Below are positions 21,642 to 32,663 of a stretch of 64,000 bases of DNA, piece by piece. The DNA is from Eubacterium sp. Lineage in GTDB: Bacteria > Bacillota > Clostridia > Lachnospirales > Lachnospiraceae. The translations under genes were made by a program, and so were the position numbers. The stretch spans positions 3,928-67,927 of the forward strand of contig JAILOU010000018.1 of assembly GCA_024690665.1 (NCBI GenBank), in the 5' to 3' direction. Within the stretch, counting starts at the first letter, position 1, and every line of letters starts with the position of its first letter. The notes under the pieces are model-generated. The model saw only the letters and a program-made list of their open reading frames with translations, ran no database searches and was not told the origin of the DNA.

Positions 21642-22778
21642 CTATGCAGATACGGTTTTTTCCTTATCTGCACAAATGCAGTTCTTTCCATTTTGTTTTG
21701 CCTGATATAGGTTTTGGTCTGCAATATCATAAAGGTCCTTAAATTCCACCTGCGTCTCAAAATCTGTAAAAGCAATCCCCATCGAAATCGATACATATGT
21801 ATACTTAGCACTTGACGCATGACGCATTTTATAATTGTAGACCATGTCTTGCATAGACTTTGCACGTTCTTTCACCTGGTGCATATTCATGCCGGTAAAG
21901 ACAACTAAAAACTCTTCTCCCCCGACACGCGCCACAATATCATTACGTCTGCGCGCATTCTTCTTAATCTGACGAGCCACCATCTGGATACAGGCATCAC
22001 CTGCCGGGTGACCATACTCATCATTATATTTCTTAAAGTCATCAATGTCCATCATTAAAAGTGCAACCGGAATATTATGCCGCTGACACAGTTGCCAGAT
22101 TCCACTAATTCTCTCATCAAGTCCTCTTCTGTTGCACAGCTTTGTCATAGGGTCTGTCTGCGCATCATGCACGGCTCGTTTCAGATAATATTCGTTATGT
22201 AATTTTCTCACATAGCTATGGTAAGCCAGTAGAGAAATAACAATCGAAAATCCCTGCATCATCGCCATCGTAGTAAGCATGTACGGATTCCACTCGCGTA
22301 CGATACTGGCTACCAGCAAAACGCCAATCTGTCCACACAGCCATCCCAACGAGTACTTTTCTTCCCAAAGCATCGCCCAGGCAACTGCCAGCGATGCGAT
22401 CGCGACCAGCAAAAATGATGCCATTGCATTTGTAATCAAAACTGCCGCAAGGTCCATAACCCCAGCAAGAATCGCCAGATACATTCTACGATTCATCCAT
22501 GAAAACTGTTTTTGATTCGTTCCAAAATAACCGATGATTCCACAGATTACAGAAACAGCCTCAATAGCAAATAAAAACAGCGCCGGTGACCCTCCCGCTG
22601 CGCCTTGTTCTCGTACTATATGGTTCATAAGGATAAATGGAGCCGCAATACAAATCAGCACACAAACATGGAAGCATCGTCTTCCTGCTTCCTGCTCGAT
22701 CTTTTTGTCCACGTATTTGCGCTCTGTGCGACTTATTCGATGCTTCTCGCCCCTAATAACACCATTCATCTTATCCAA
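21642..22778 (-). CDS. membrane-anchored diguanylate cyclase
   Basis: N-terminal TM helices; TDPMTKLCNRR, DIDDFKKYND.YGH, RVGGEEF. Confidence 0.92.
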   Translation of the reverse strand: MDKMNGVIRGEKHRISRTERKYVDKKIEQEAGRRCFHVCVLICIAAPFILMNHIVREQGAAGGSPALFLFAIEAVSVICGIIGYFGTNQKQFSWMNRRMYLAILAGVMDLAAVLITNAMASFLLVAIASLAVAWAMLWEEKYSLGWLCGQIGVLLVASIVREWNPYMLTTMAMMQGFSIVISLLAYHSYVRKLHNEYYLKRAVHDAQTDPMTKLCNRRGLDERISGIWQLCQRHNIPVALLMMDIDDFKKYNDEYGHPAGDACIQMVARQIKKNARRRNDIVARVGGEEFLVVFTGMNMHQVKERAKSMQDMVYNYKMRHASSAKYTYVSISMGIAFTDFETQVEFKDLYDIADQNLYQAKQNGKNCICADKEKTVSA

Positions 22779-22871
22779 ATATAGTCCTCATTTCACTCTA
22801 CACTACTAAATATTGTATCGGTTTTATCCCCAAAAATCAATAGTAGCACAGCTAAAAACTGCCCATATTTC

Positions 22872-24341
22872 CTATAAACTAAAATCAAATCCCTGATATC
22901 CGAGGTGTTTTTCCTTATATTCCATCAAAATTCCGGACAATTGTGCTCTCATAGAGCCGGCAAAGCAATCGATTGCCCGGTCTATATTGTCATTTGTAAT
23001 AACGCCGGCCTCACATAAAAGCGTCAGTTCCTGCTCATCTTGCCTTTCCCTGATATCCTCTAGCACCTGCGCAAAATTCTCATCTATAAACTGCTCATAC
23101 TTTTCTTTATTATGCGCCATCAAAAGACAGGGATCTTTTAGGCGAGACGCCGCCATCTTAACCTTTTCTTCCAAGATACGATAGGAATCCCAGGCCTCGT
23201 CATACTTTGCAAAATCATAAATGCTCTGCGAAGACTCCTCTTTTAAAAATGACACAATCTCATCGCGGCGATACAGCGGGACTTTCGGAACATACAAGAT
23301 AACATTCTGATCTTCAATTACCAGCTCATCAAGCTCCTCGCAATGTTCAAATGCCTGTTTTTGCACCGATTTGACACTTTTGGGAATTGTAATCTTCTTA
23401 AGTGCTCCGCGAAAGAAGCTCCCACTCTCAATACACCGCACCTTAGAAGAAATGGTATATTCGCGGTCTGTCCCAAAATACCACATAAGCCCAAGATCCT
23501 CTTCGCCCTTTCGGTAGAGCGCATTTTCATCCAGCATAAAGTGTGGATTGGCATTCTCAATCGTCACCTTATGAAAGCCGCGCTCGCTCCCATTCCAGTT
23601 AAAGGTATGATTCAGTGCACCTACAGAAAGTTCTGCAAGCGATTTTGGCAAATGAATCTCCTTCAGATTCGTACATCCGCGAAAGGCACCATTGTCAATT
23701 CTTTCAAGTCCTTCCGGAAGATTCACGCTTCGAAGTGCGCTGCAGCTTTCCATGGCATCAGGGCCGATACATCGAATGCTTGGTGGCAGCACGATCTTTT
23801 CAAGCACTTCATTACCGCTAAAGGCACTTTGATCAATCTGTACGGTTCCCTCTTGTACATGATAGGTTGTAATCTCATTTTGCAGATGCATCGCAACCAT
23901 ATGCCAGCCATCTTGTCTCATTTGATAGAGCGCGAAGTCATCGGATTTATAGTAAGGGCTGTCGGGCGATATCGTCCAGGAGAACTCCGCCATATCATAA
24001 GGTGCATGAATCTGCTTCACACTGGCCGGAATATGAATCTGCGACACCGATGTCACAAAGAAGATTTCTTCTTCTAACTCCTCCACGCCTTCTGTCATAA
24101 CCACATCTTCGAGCGCCAGACAGTACTTAAACGCACCACGGCAGATCTTCCTTAAATTCGCCGGCAAGGTGACGCGCTCCACCGGCGCATCCGCCTTAGA
24201 AAAAGATTCTTCTCCAATCTCTCTGACCGGCTGATTCGCAAGCATCTCCGGTATCACAACATCTATTTCATCGCCGTGATACGCCGTAATGCGGACTCCG
24301 TCTTCAATTGTTTCATAGCTAAAATCTGTGTCTAAAATCAT
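22872..24341 (-). CDS. BspA-type leucine-rich repeat protein, no signal peptide
   Basis: Repeated LxxIxLPxxLxxIxxxAFxxCxxL units; start overlaps the AAA stop. Confidence 0.85.
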   Translation of the reverse strand: MILDTDFSYETIEDGVRITAYHGDEIDVVIPEMLANQPVREIGEESFSKADAPVERVTLPANLRKICRGAFKYCLALEDVVMTEGVEELEEEIFFVTSVSQIHIPASVKQIHAPYDMAEFSWTISPDSPYYKSDDFALYQMRQDGWHMVAMHLQNEITTYHVQEGTVQIDQSAFSGNEVLEKIVLPPSIRCIGPDAMESCSALRSVNLPEGLERIDNGAFRGCTNLKEIHLPKSLAELSVGALNHTFNWNGSERGFHKVTIENANPHFMLDENALYRKGEEDLGLMWYFGTDREYTISSKVRCIESGSFFRGALKKITIPKSVKSVQKQAFEHCEELDELVIEDQNVILYVPKVPLYRRDEIVSFLKEESSQSIYDFAKYDEAWDSYRILEEKVKMAASRLKDPCLLMAHNKEKYEQFIDENFAQVLEDIRERQDEQELTLLCEAGVITNDNIDRAIDCFAGSMRAQLSGILMEYKEKHLGYQGFDFSL

Positions 24342-25888
24342 GCTTCCTCATCAAGCGCCAGCTGTGTCAGATCCAGATGATCAAGCTCGTTGGCAATCTC
24401 CATCTGTCTTTCGTGAATCTGGAACTTTTTATTGTATTTAAAATATTTTTTACATCCATACTCGGAAATGAATTTTGCACTGGCATAGTTAATCGTAAGA
24501 TCCGTTACGAGGATGAGCATTTCATTTCCATTTCCAAATGCCTTTTCGACAAATTCAAATAAATGATCGAGTTTTTGCGTAATCAGCTCCACATGACGTT
24601 TTAATTCGCTAACAGCAAGTTCAAACTGCGTCCGCAGATACTCAAATGCCTCTTTTGGCTCCGTCGTTCCTTCAATCTTAATCTGTCTTTGATAACGTCT
24701 AAGCGTGTTTTCCGCCTGCAGATATGTGTAACGATCCAGGCTTCCAAGTGCATTGGCCGCGTCTTCTTTTATCATCTTGTCCTGAATCGCATCCGCTTTT
24801 GCGGTCAGAATCTCTTCGATATATTCCGCGGTCTTTGTTTCTGCGAAAACCAAATCCCCCTTAACCTCTCGAAGCGTCAGTGTCAAAAAGCGAAGCGCCG
24901 ACTCTCGTCTCACATGCTCGCGAATGCTCTCTTGCAGAGCATCCATAAGAAGTCCCATCAGCGACAGCCGCTCATCAAATCCGGCTTTCTTAGCACGTTC
25001 TAAGACAACCTTTCCGGCCTCACCATCCAGGATCTGATGCACCTGATAATCCTGCTTATACTTGCGATACAAATCATAATATGCAGCAAATTCTCTGGCA
25101 ATCTTTTTATTGCGAAGGAACTGTCCAATCAGCGTCTCTCCAACTTCAAATTCCTGTTCTTCATACAGATACAAAGTCTCTGACAAATCTTCCCATCCCC
25201 GGGCCGTAACATAACTCTTACCATCTACGGTATTTTCAATCTGGTAAAAGTCCGACTTTTTCACATCCAGATAGGTAAGTATTGCACTGTGCAGTCCCTT
25301 ATTTACCGCATACTTTCGCCAGGTATCGTAATCCGCTTCCACTTCAAGCACGCGAAGACGGTCTAGCGTTACCACGTCGAACTCACGAACGGAGCGGTTA
25401 AACTGCGGTGGATTACCGGCCGTTGCCACAATCCATCCGGACGGAATCTGATGATTACCGAATGTCTTGTACTGTAAGAACTGAAGCATAGACGGTGCAA
25501 GCGTCTCCGATACGCAGTTGATCTCGTCCAAAAACAAGATCCCTTCCTGCTTACCGGTTTTCTCCATCGTTTCATAAACTGAAGCTACAATCTCACTCAT
25601 CGTATATTCCGATACATCAAATTCCTGCTTGCCATACACCTTATGGTTAATAAATGGAAGTCCAAGCGCACTTTGTCTGGTATGATGCGTCATCGAATAC
25701 GAAACCAGCGCAATGTCAAGGCTTTGCGCAATCTGCTCCATAATCGCGGTCTTACCGATTCCCGGAGGTCCCAGCAAAAAGACCGGGCGCTGTCTTTCAA
25801 TCGGAATCTTGTATTGTCCGAACTCGTCTTTTCTTAAATAGGTGCTGACCGACTGCTCAATCTGCTCCTTTGCTTCCATGATATTCAT
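24338..25888 (-). CDS. MoxR/dynein-related AAA+ ATPase with helical C-terminal extension
   Basis: Walker A GPPGIGKT, Walker B ILFLDEIN, ATAGN sensor, LDRL. Confidence 0.88.
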   Translation of the reverse strand: MNIMEAKEQIEQSVSTYLRKDEFGQYKIPIERQRPVFLLGPPGIGKTAIMEQIAQSLDIALVSYSMTHHTRQSALGLPFINHKVYGKQEFDVSEYTMSEIVASVYETMEKTGKQEGILFLDEINCVSETLAPSMLQFLQYKTFGNHQIPSGWIVATAGNPPQFNRSVREFDVVTLDRLRVLEVEADYDTWRKYAVNKGLHSAILTYLDVKKSDFYQIENTVDGKSYVTARGWEDLSETLYLYEEQEFEVGETLIGQFLRNKKIAREFAAYYDLYRKYKQDYQVHQILDGEAGKVVLERAKKAGFDERLSLMGLLMDALQESIREHVRRESALRFLTLTLREVKGDLVFAETKTAEYIEEILTAKADAIQDKMIKEDAANALGSLDRYTYLQAENTLRRYQRQIKIEGTTEPKEAFEYLRTQFELAVSELKRHVELITQKLDHLFEFVEKAFGNGNEMLILVTDLTINYASAKFISEYGCKKYFKYNKKFQIHERQMEIANELDHLDLTQLALDEEA

Positions 25889-27288
25889 TCTATTTCGTCC
25901 TCCTGTAATACCAGACGGATGGCCCAGTCCGGCGTCTTCGGAATGGTATATCCCTCTTCAATAAATACGAACGCGGTCTCATACTCCGGCTGTTTCTCCG
26001 GAAATGTTCCGTTACCGTCCGTAAAATAAATCAAACCTTTCAGATTGTGGAACTCGTGCCTTCGAATCAGACCGTCCACATATTCAAATACCGGTCGAAA
26101 ATCAGTTCCGCCAAATCCCACAAGCTGTACATCCTGCATGTAGGCTTCAAACTCTTCATCCGTGGTTACCTTCTCATCATGCTGCACCTTGGCATCGCAT
26201 TGAATGATATGAATATTCACCCGCTCAAAATAACTTTCCGAGCTTTTAAGGATAGAATACGTCTTTCTCAAAAACCGGTGCACCGTTTCTCCCTGACAAG
26301 ACCCGGAAGTATCAATGGCTATCACAAACTCCCGGATTCTTTTATTTTCCCGATATTCTAGCGGCTCAATCAGCGGCATCTTCTCATACAACTCCATCCC
26401 ATAGGTATAGTAGATGTAGTCAAATTCGTCGTCATTAATATGAACCTCTTCGCCCATCACGGCAAATTTTTTCAAAAACTCCGTATAGTCAATCTTATCG
26501 CGCACGGCCTCCTGAAGATTCATCAAAAGACCACTTGAACCAAACCCCTGGTCCTTTGAAAACATCTGAAGATCTGTCTTGGCATGTTCAGAGATTTCCT
26601 CCCAGCCTTTGCCTCGCTGTCCAACCAAAGCTTCATCCACCGGCTCTTGTTCCCCTTCTTCGCCCTGGTCTGCCTCATGACAGCCAATCTGTCCTGTCGC
26701 CGTGTTCACATTGTAGTGGTCATCTCGATCTTCAGCCGTTGTCTCTTTCTTCGGAATCCAGACGATGTGGTCATCCATCTCAAAAAGAGACTGTTTTTCC
26801 AGATAATACGAAAGCCGCTCCGGTTCCTTATTAAAATAACGATAGAGGTGCTCCGCCGTCAGCATTGGCACCTCTTCTCGCAATCCTTCCAAAATTCGTT
26901 TCCGTTCGCCATCTTCTTCTAAGGCGCAGCCGGCAATTCCCATGTCCAGGATGGCATATTCCACCGCCAGATCACAGGCCAAATCCCAGCTTACCCTCTG
27001 CATCTTTTCATAGTGAAACGGATGCGAGAAGATACAATGGAAAATCATATGCAAAAACGCTCTTGTCGGATAATTCTTTTCCGTTTTAAATAATTCCAAT
27101 ACCCGCAATGTGTTGTATAGGATGTGTTCGCCATCCACGCCAAACGCTTCAACCATCTCGCTGTCTACAAGCGGCATCTTAAAAAGTGCGCGGTCCAAAA
27201 AGCGCATTGACACCATAATCTGATCTCTGGCATAGAGCATCACCTTACGCGACAACACCTGTGCGGACTGTCTGATATCCTGTTCCAT
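25885..27288 (-). CDS. DUF2201-type protein: metallopeptidase-like N-domain plus vWA domain
   Basis: HMIFHCIFSH, WDLACDLAVE, MIDAS DTSGS, GGTDF, YFTDG. Confidence 0.82.
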   Translation of the reverse strand: MEQDIRQSAQVLSRKVMLYARDQIMVSMRFLDRALFKMPLVDSEMVEAFGVDGEHILYNTLRVLELFKTEKNYPTRAFLHMIFHCIFSHPFHYEKMQRVSWDLACDLAVEYAILDMGIAGCALEEDGERKRILEGLREEVPMLTAEHLYRYFNKEPERLSYYLEKQSLFEMDDHIVWIPKKETTAEDRDDHYNVNTATGQIGCHEADQGEEGEQEPVDEALVGQRGKGWEEISEHAKTDLQMFSKDQGFGSSGLLMNLQEAVRDKIDYTEFLKKFAVMGEEVHINDDEFDYIYYTYGMELYEKMPLIEPLEYRENKRIREFVIAIDTSGSCQGETVHRFLRKTYSILKSSESYFERVNIHIIQCDAKVQHDEKVTTDEEFEAYMQDVQLVGFGGTDFRPVFEYVDGLIRRHEFHNLKGLIYFTDGNGTFPEKQPEYETAFVFIEEGYTIPKTPDWAIRLVLQEDEIE

Positions 27289-27296
27289 ATCGCTTC

Positions 27297-27530
27297 CTAA
27301 TTCGCAAGATCTCCAAGTGTCTTAAAGATCTCGCGGTCTTTTTCATTTACCTTCATATTGGTCGTTACTTTTTCTTCTCCCGGCTTGGTTACGCTGATTT
27401 CCACAATCGTACCTTCCGGAAGTCCGCTCATAATCTCATCGTGGAAGAAATGTGTCACTCCGGGATGATTTTTCTCAAACTCTTCTTTAATTCCTTTTAT
27501 CTTCATTAATGCGCCAAAATTAATCATCAA
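27297..27530 (-). CDS. small hypothetical protein
   Basis: GGAGG RBS; tightly packed between galT and the vWA gene. Confidence 0.7.
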   Translation of the reverse strand: MMINFGALMKIKGIKEEFEKNHPGVTHFFHDEIMSGLPEGTIVEISVTKPGEEKVTTNMKVNEKDREIFKTLGDLAN

Positions 27531-27539
27531 ATGTTCCTC

Positions 27540-29024
27540 CTATAAGGTTCGTACAAATCGCATAAATGCCTCCCGGCCCTCTTTTGTACCTTTATATACT
27601 CCGGCATCTTCGAGCACGTGAACGAACACCTCGCCCACTTCCTTCTCAATAATGCTGCGGATATTATTCTCATCAATCGTCTCGTATCTTTTGGAAAATG
27701 TCTCTGCCCAGTCAGCATGCTTTTCAAGTTCCTCGTCCTCACGAAGATTCTTGCCGGCAAGCATGGCATCCGCCAGATGTGAAAGTTCCTTCTCAAGCCG
27801 CGCCGGAAGCACCGCCAGTCCCATCACCTCGATTAAACCAATGTTCTCACGCTTGATGTGATGATACTGTTCATGCGGATGATAAAGACCAAGTGGATGT
27901 TCCTTCGTTGTCAGATTGTTTCGAAGTGCCAGGTCCAGTTCGTATACACCGTCTTTGCAACGTGCAATCGGCGTAATGGTATTATGCACTTCTCCATCTG
28001 TCATGGCATAAACCATGGCATCTTCGTCCGTATAAGACCGCCACTTTCCAAGGATGTGATCCGCCAGGTCAATCAGCCTGTCCGGACTTTTGTGCCGGAT
28101 TCGAATTACCGACAATGGCCACTTCACAATGCCGGCCGTAACATCTTCATATCCCGGCACCGTAAACTCCTGTTCAAACTCAGCCCGCTCCATGGCAAAT
28201 TCATAATGGCCTCCCTGAAAATGATCATGCGTTAAAATAGACCCGCCTACAATCGGAAGGTCTGCATTTGATCCTAAAAAATAATGCGGAAAAAGTTTTA
28301 TAAAATCAAACAACTTCACAAATGTCTGTCTGTCAATCTTCATCGGGGTATGTTCCCCATTAAACACGATACAGTGTTCATTATAATATACATACGGAGA
28401 ATATTGAAATCCCCATTTCTTCCCGTCAATTGTGATCGGAATAATACGGTGATTTTGTCTGGCCGGGAAGTTGATACGACCCGCATAGCCTTCATTTTCC
28501 ATACAAAGCATACACTTAGGATAATCTGCCTGCTTCGCATTCCTGGCAGCCGCAATATCCTTCGGGTTCTTCTCCGGCTTCGACAAATTGATGGAAATGT
28601 CAATGGTTCCATACGCACTGTCCACGCTCCAGCGGCGATCTTTTTTTACACGCTCGCTTCGGATATAATGACTGTCCCTGCTTAATTTATAAAAATACTC
28701 GGTTGCTTCCTTCGGTGAATGCTCGTAATGACCGGCAAATGCTTTTTGCACCTCACCCGGTCTTGGCATCAGACAATTCATCAGTCTGGTGTCAAACAAA
28801 TCACGTTCCGTAATGCTATCATTTATCAATTCTTTTTTTACGGCTGCATCCAGTAGAATCTTTAGCGTCTCTTCCAAGTTGATATTTCGGTTCGGACTTA
28901 ACGGATCAAGTTCTGCTTCCCGCATCACATCCAGTAATAGATTCATCGCATATGTGCGATCTGCTTCCTCCATCAGTCCTGTTTCAATCCCATACTGGGC
29001 CAAATCCCATATTGCCTGTTGCAT
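27540..29024 (-). CDS. galT: galactose-1-phosphate uridylyltransferase (Gram-positive type II)
   Basis: INLSKPEK, YPKCMLC, SNADLPIVGGSILTHDHFQGG, KRENIGLIEVMG. Confidence 0.95.
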   Translation of the reverse strand: MQQAIWDLAQYGIETGLMEEADRTYAMNLLLDVMREAELDPLSPNRNINLEETLKILLDAAVKKELINDSITERDLFDTRLMNCLMPRPGEVQKAFAGHYEHSPKEATEYFYKLSRDSHYIRSERVKKDRRWSVDSAYGTIDISINLSKPEKNPKDIAAARNAKQADYPKCMLCMENEGYAGRINFPARQNHRIIPITIDGKKWGFQYSPYVYYNEHCIVFNGEHTPMKIDRQTFVKLFDFIKLFPHYFLGSNADLPIVGGSILTHDHFQGGHYEFAMERAEFEQEFTVPGYEDVTAGIVKWPLSVIRIRHKSPDRLIDLADHILGKWRSYTDEDAMVYAMTDGEVHNTITPIARCKDGVYELDLALRNNLTTKEHPLGLYHPHEQYHHIKRENIGLIEVMGLAVLPARLEKELSHLADAMLAGKNLREDEELEKHADWAETFSKRYETIDENNIRSIIEKEVGEVFVHVLEDAGVYKGTKEGREAFMRFVRTL

Positions 29025-29042
29025 CGTTACACCTGCCTGTTT

Positions 29043-30221
29043 TTATGATATTGCGACTTCTCTGGCGCCGTCGCCGATTTCTGCCACATAAACCTTAGGA
29101 CGAATTCCAAACTTTGCCTGATAAGCGGTTTTCACCTTATCCGAAAATGCCTCTACCGCATCTTCCTTCACCAGCGATACCGTACAGCCGCCAAAGCCAC
29201 CGCCCGTCATACGAGAGCCAAGCACGCCCGGCGTATCCCAGCCAATCTGTGCCAAAAAGTCCATCTCCTCACACGACACTTCATAATCATCGCGAAGTGA
29301 TTTGTGCGAGTGGTTCATAAGCTTTCCAAATGTCTCAAGGTCTCCTTCTACAAGAGCATTGACTGCCATCTTGGTTCTTGCATTCTCATAGATTACATGC
29401 TTTGCCCTTTTTTGGCAAGTCTCATCCTTGATGGCCCCTTGATACTTGTCAAATAATTTCGGTGATAAATCACACAGCTGGTTAATTCCCATAATCTCCT
29501 GCAGATCAAGCAGTGCTCTTAAGCATTCATTTTGCCTGTCGTTATAAGCTGATTCCACAAGGGAGTGCTTCACCATACTATTTACAATCACCAGTTTTTC
29601 GTTATGAAGCGGTAACTTCACGTAATCAAAGTCTAAGGTATTCGTATCCAGATAGATTGCCGAATTAGCCTTGCCCAGCGCGCTTGCGAACTGATCCATA
29701 ATGCCACAGCTAAGACCGTTATAGTGGTTTTCACTGTACTGACACAGCTGCGCGATATTAATGAGACTAATCTCCTCGATTCCATACATCTTTTTGATGG
29801 CAAGTGCCGTCACGACTTCGATTGCTGCCGAAGAAGAAAGTCCCGATCCGGATGGAATGTTTCCCGCAAATGCAATATCGAATCCGCAAGGAAGCTTATG
29901 TCCCCACTTTTCATATGCCCAGATGACACCTTGCGGATAGGCCTCCCAGCCGGCCTGTGCCTCCGGCATCAGATTGTCCAGATCGCTTTCTATGACATCT
30001 TGTGGCATATTCAGCGAAAAGAATCGAATCTTGCGGTCTTGTCTTAACCGAACAGCTGCATACGTTCCATAACTTAGTGCACAAGGAAACACATGCCCGC
30101 CGTTATAATCAGTATGTTCACCAATCAGATTCACACGTCCCGGCGCAAAGAACAGACGGATATCCCCGCCTTGTCCGTACAATTCCTCAAACTGAGACAG
30201 TACCAGTTCTTTTTCCCTCAT
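29043..30221 (-). CDS. galK: galactokinase
   Basis: GRVNLIGEHTDYNGG, PSGSGLSSSAA, CGIMDQF, RMTGGGFGG; start at MREK after GAAGGAG. Confidence 0.96.
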   Translation of the reverse strand: MREKELVLSQFEELYGQGGDIRLFFAPGRVNLIGEHTDYNGGHVFPCALSYGTYAAVRLRQDRKIRFFSLNMPQDVIESDLDNLMPEAQAGWEAYPQGVIWAYEKWGHKLPCGFDIAFAGNIPSGSGLSSSAAIEVVTALAIKKMYGIEEISLINIAQLCQYSENHYNGLSCGIMDQFASALGKANSAIYLDTNTLDFDYVKLPLHNEKLVIVNSMVKHSLVESAYNDRQNECLRALLDLQEIMGINQLCDLSPKLFDKYQGAIKDETCQKRAKHVIYENARTKMAVNALVEGDLETFGKLMNHSHKSLRDDYEVSCEEMDFLAQIGWDTPGVLGSRMTGGGFGGCTVSLVKEDAVEAFSDKVKTAYQAKFGIRPKVYVAEIGDGAREVAIS

Positions 30222-30251
30222 GTTATTATTCTCCTTCATCTTATTTTTATG

Positions 30252-32588
30252 TTACTGCATTAAGTCCATGAAATACATTCTGGACGAATAATCCTGAAAA
30301 TAGCGAACCTCCTCGCTATATCCGGTCCCCGCAAACCCGTCTTTTAATGTCACTCCCGCATACATTAAATTCTCTCCGGTTACGGTATGGTCTTCAACCT
30401 CCCCTTCCATCGTCACAAACCTCGCCACCACATTGTGAACCAGCGAACCCTGCCTGATATGAAATGGTGCCTGGGTGTTAATAAGATCTCCAAACTTACG
30501 GACATCAAACACGCGCTTTTTATTGTAAAAATGATAAACTCCCTGCTCTAACAGGCCCTTTGCCTGATAATATTCTGCCTGCGTATTGGCAAGCACCTGC
30601 TCTTGAAGCAGCATTCCAACTGCCTGCGACCTGTCTTCGCTTACGCAGGTCCACTCATGAATACGTCCACTTCTTCCCCGGTAAAACTGTCCATACTGAA
30701 ATGTCTTTCGGTATGTTTTATACGTCTCAATCTGTGTTTTTATCGTTTCTAAGTCTTCTTTGGACATATCGCTTAAATTACATTCATATCCCAGCACTCC
30801 ATAAGCTGCCACATGAAACCTTGTCATAAGCGGTGTCACCCGAAGCGTCTGATGGTTTGGACACGAGGACACATGTGCACTGACAACCGACATCGGATAG
30901 CCATAGCTGTATCCTTCCTGAATATAACTTCGTGCGATAGCGTCGGTATCATCACTTGCCCAAATCTGCGGAAAATAACTTAAGATTCCAAGATCGAATC
31001 GATTGCCTCCCGCCGCGCAGCCTTCAAACAGAATGTGCGGAAACTTCTTTGTCAAAGCGTTCATCACTTCATACAGTCCTAAGACATAGCGATGAAAGAC
31101 TTCTCCTTGTCTGTCCCCTGGCAGATATTTGGAGTATACATCAGAAAAGTTTCGGTTCATATCCCATTTTACATAAGCGATGTTTGCAGACGGTAACACC
31201 TTGCTCATGCTGTCTATGATATAGGTTCGAACTTCCGGTCTTGTAAGGTCTAACAGCCTCTGATTTCGCCCTTCGGAATGAGGTTTGCCCGGGATATCAA
31301 TCGCCCATTCCGGATGCGCGCGATACAAATCGCTGTCGACATTGACCATCTCCGGTTCCACCCAGATTCCAAAGTCCAGACCAAGTTCATTGATCTTATC
31401 GCACAGACCTTTGAGTCCTCCCGGCAGTTTTTTCGTGTTGACCTCCCAGTCTCCAAGCGCATGTGCGTCATCATTTCGCTCACCAAACCAGCCATCATCC
31501 ATCACAAATAGTTCGATGCCGACATCCTTTGCCGCCCTGGCCATCTTAAGAAGATTGCCCTCCTTGATATCAAAATACGCCGCCTCCCAGCTGTTAAGCA
31601 GAATCGGCCGCTCCTTTTTCTTCCATTCGCCGCGCACCACATGTTCTCGCACAAACCGGTGCATGTTATGACTCATCTGTGTAAATCCTTTATAGGAATA
31701 GGTCATCACACTCTCCGGCGCTTCAAATTCCTGCCCCGGCTCTATTGTAAAGGAGAATCCTCCCGGGTTGATTCCGCTGACGACGCGGGTCTTGCCGTAG
31801 GCATTTTGCGATACACTCGTGTAGTGATTGCCGCTGTACAGCAGATTAAATCCGAAGCAGTTTCCCGCATCTTCCGTCGCTGTCACATCATGCAGAATGG
31901 TAAATGGATTGCTTCGGCTCGAAGATGTTCCGGTAAAGGAACTGTTTACATAATTTCCGGGTCCGACCGGCACGGTATGTTTTTGCATCTCTCTTGCCCA
32001 GGCTCCGTGAAAACTTGTCATCGCGTAGCGTCCTCTTGCAAGATCAAGCTGGTTACTCATCAGCCTGTTTAGCTTTATCGTCTCTCCGGAATCATTGATT
32101 AGTTTCGCGCTTTTAACCATGCAGTCGCACTCTTCATAGACTTCATAAGACAGTACAAGTCGGATATCGCTAGAACGCTCCTTTAAGGTAATGACAAGCT
32201 GCTCGATATCCTGCCCCTCGTCATAAGCTGACGGCAGCGTCTTAAGCGGCTGTTTTTGTTTTTCAATCTCTGCTTTTTCAAATAAAAAATCACAAGTCAC
32301 ACTACCATCAGCATGTTCTAGTTCAACAAATGGTTCCCCAATATCTCCTTTTCCATAAGATGACATCTCAAGGCAGATATCCTCAAGCACCAGATTTTTA
32401 TGCTGCGCATCATAAACCGTACTGTTCCCCGGTTCAAACGCTCTCTTTTGCCGAAACACTCCGGCGCTTGGCTGATCGATTCGGCGTCCATAATACAAGT
32501 GCTCTAAGTGCCCGGTTTCCAGAACGCTAAATACATATGTCGTATGCTTCGTTGAAAGTATAAAAGTCTGACTGATTTGTTTAATCAT
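30252..32588 (-). CDS. alpha-galactosidase, GH36
   Basis: LLNSWEA, FVMDDGWFG, FGIWVEPEM, YVKWDMNR, EGCAAGG, WASDDTD. Confidence 0.95.
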   Translation of the reverse strand: MIKQISQTFILSTKHTTYVFSVLETGHLEHLYYGRRIDQPSAGVFRQKRAFEPGNSTVYDAQHKNLVLEDICLEMSSYGKGDIGEPFVELEHADGSVTCDFLFEKAEIEKQKQPLKTLPSAYDEGQDIEQLVITLKERSSDIRLVLSYEVYEECDCMVKSAKLINDSGETIKLNRLMSNQLDLARGRYAMTSFHGAWAREMQKHTVPVGPGNYVNSSFTGTSSSRSNPFTILHDVTATEDAGNCFGFNLLYSGNHYTSVSQNAYGKTRVVSGINPGGFSFTIEPGQEFEAPESVMTYSYKGFTQMSHNMHRFVREHVVRGEWKKKERPILLNSWEAAYFDIKEGNLLKMARAAKDVGIELFVMDDGWFGERNDDAHALGDWEVNTKKLPGGLKGLCDKINELGLDFGIWVEPEMVNVDSDLYRAHPEWAIDIPGKPHSEGRNQRLLDLTRPEVRTYIIDSMSKVLPSANIAYVKWDMNRNFSDVYSKYLPGDRQGEVFHRYVLGLYEVMNALTKKFPHILFEGCAAGGNRFDLGILSYFPQIWASDDTDAIARSYIQEGYSYGYPMSVVSAHVSSCPNHQTLRVTPLMTRFHVAAYGVLGYECNLSDMSKEDLETIKTQIETYKTYRKTFQYGQFYRGRSGRIHEWTCVSEDRSQAVGMLLQEQVLANTQAEYYQAKGLLEQGVYHFYNKKRVFDVRKFGDLINTQAPFHIRQGSLVHNVVARFVTMEGEVEDHTVTGENLMYAGVTLKDGFAGTGYSEEVRYFQDYSSRMYFMDLMQ

Positions 32589-32663
32589 TCGCGATTTCTC
32601 CTGCTTGATTTCTTTGCATACATTATACTAAACCTCTATATTTTTTTAAAGTTTCACATCGTC

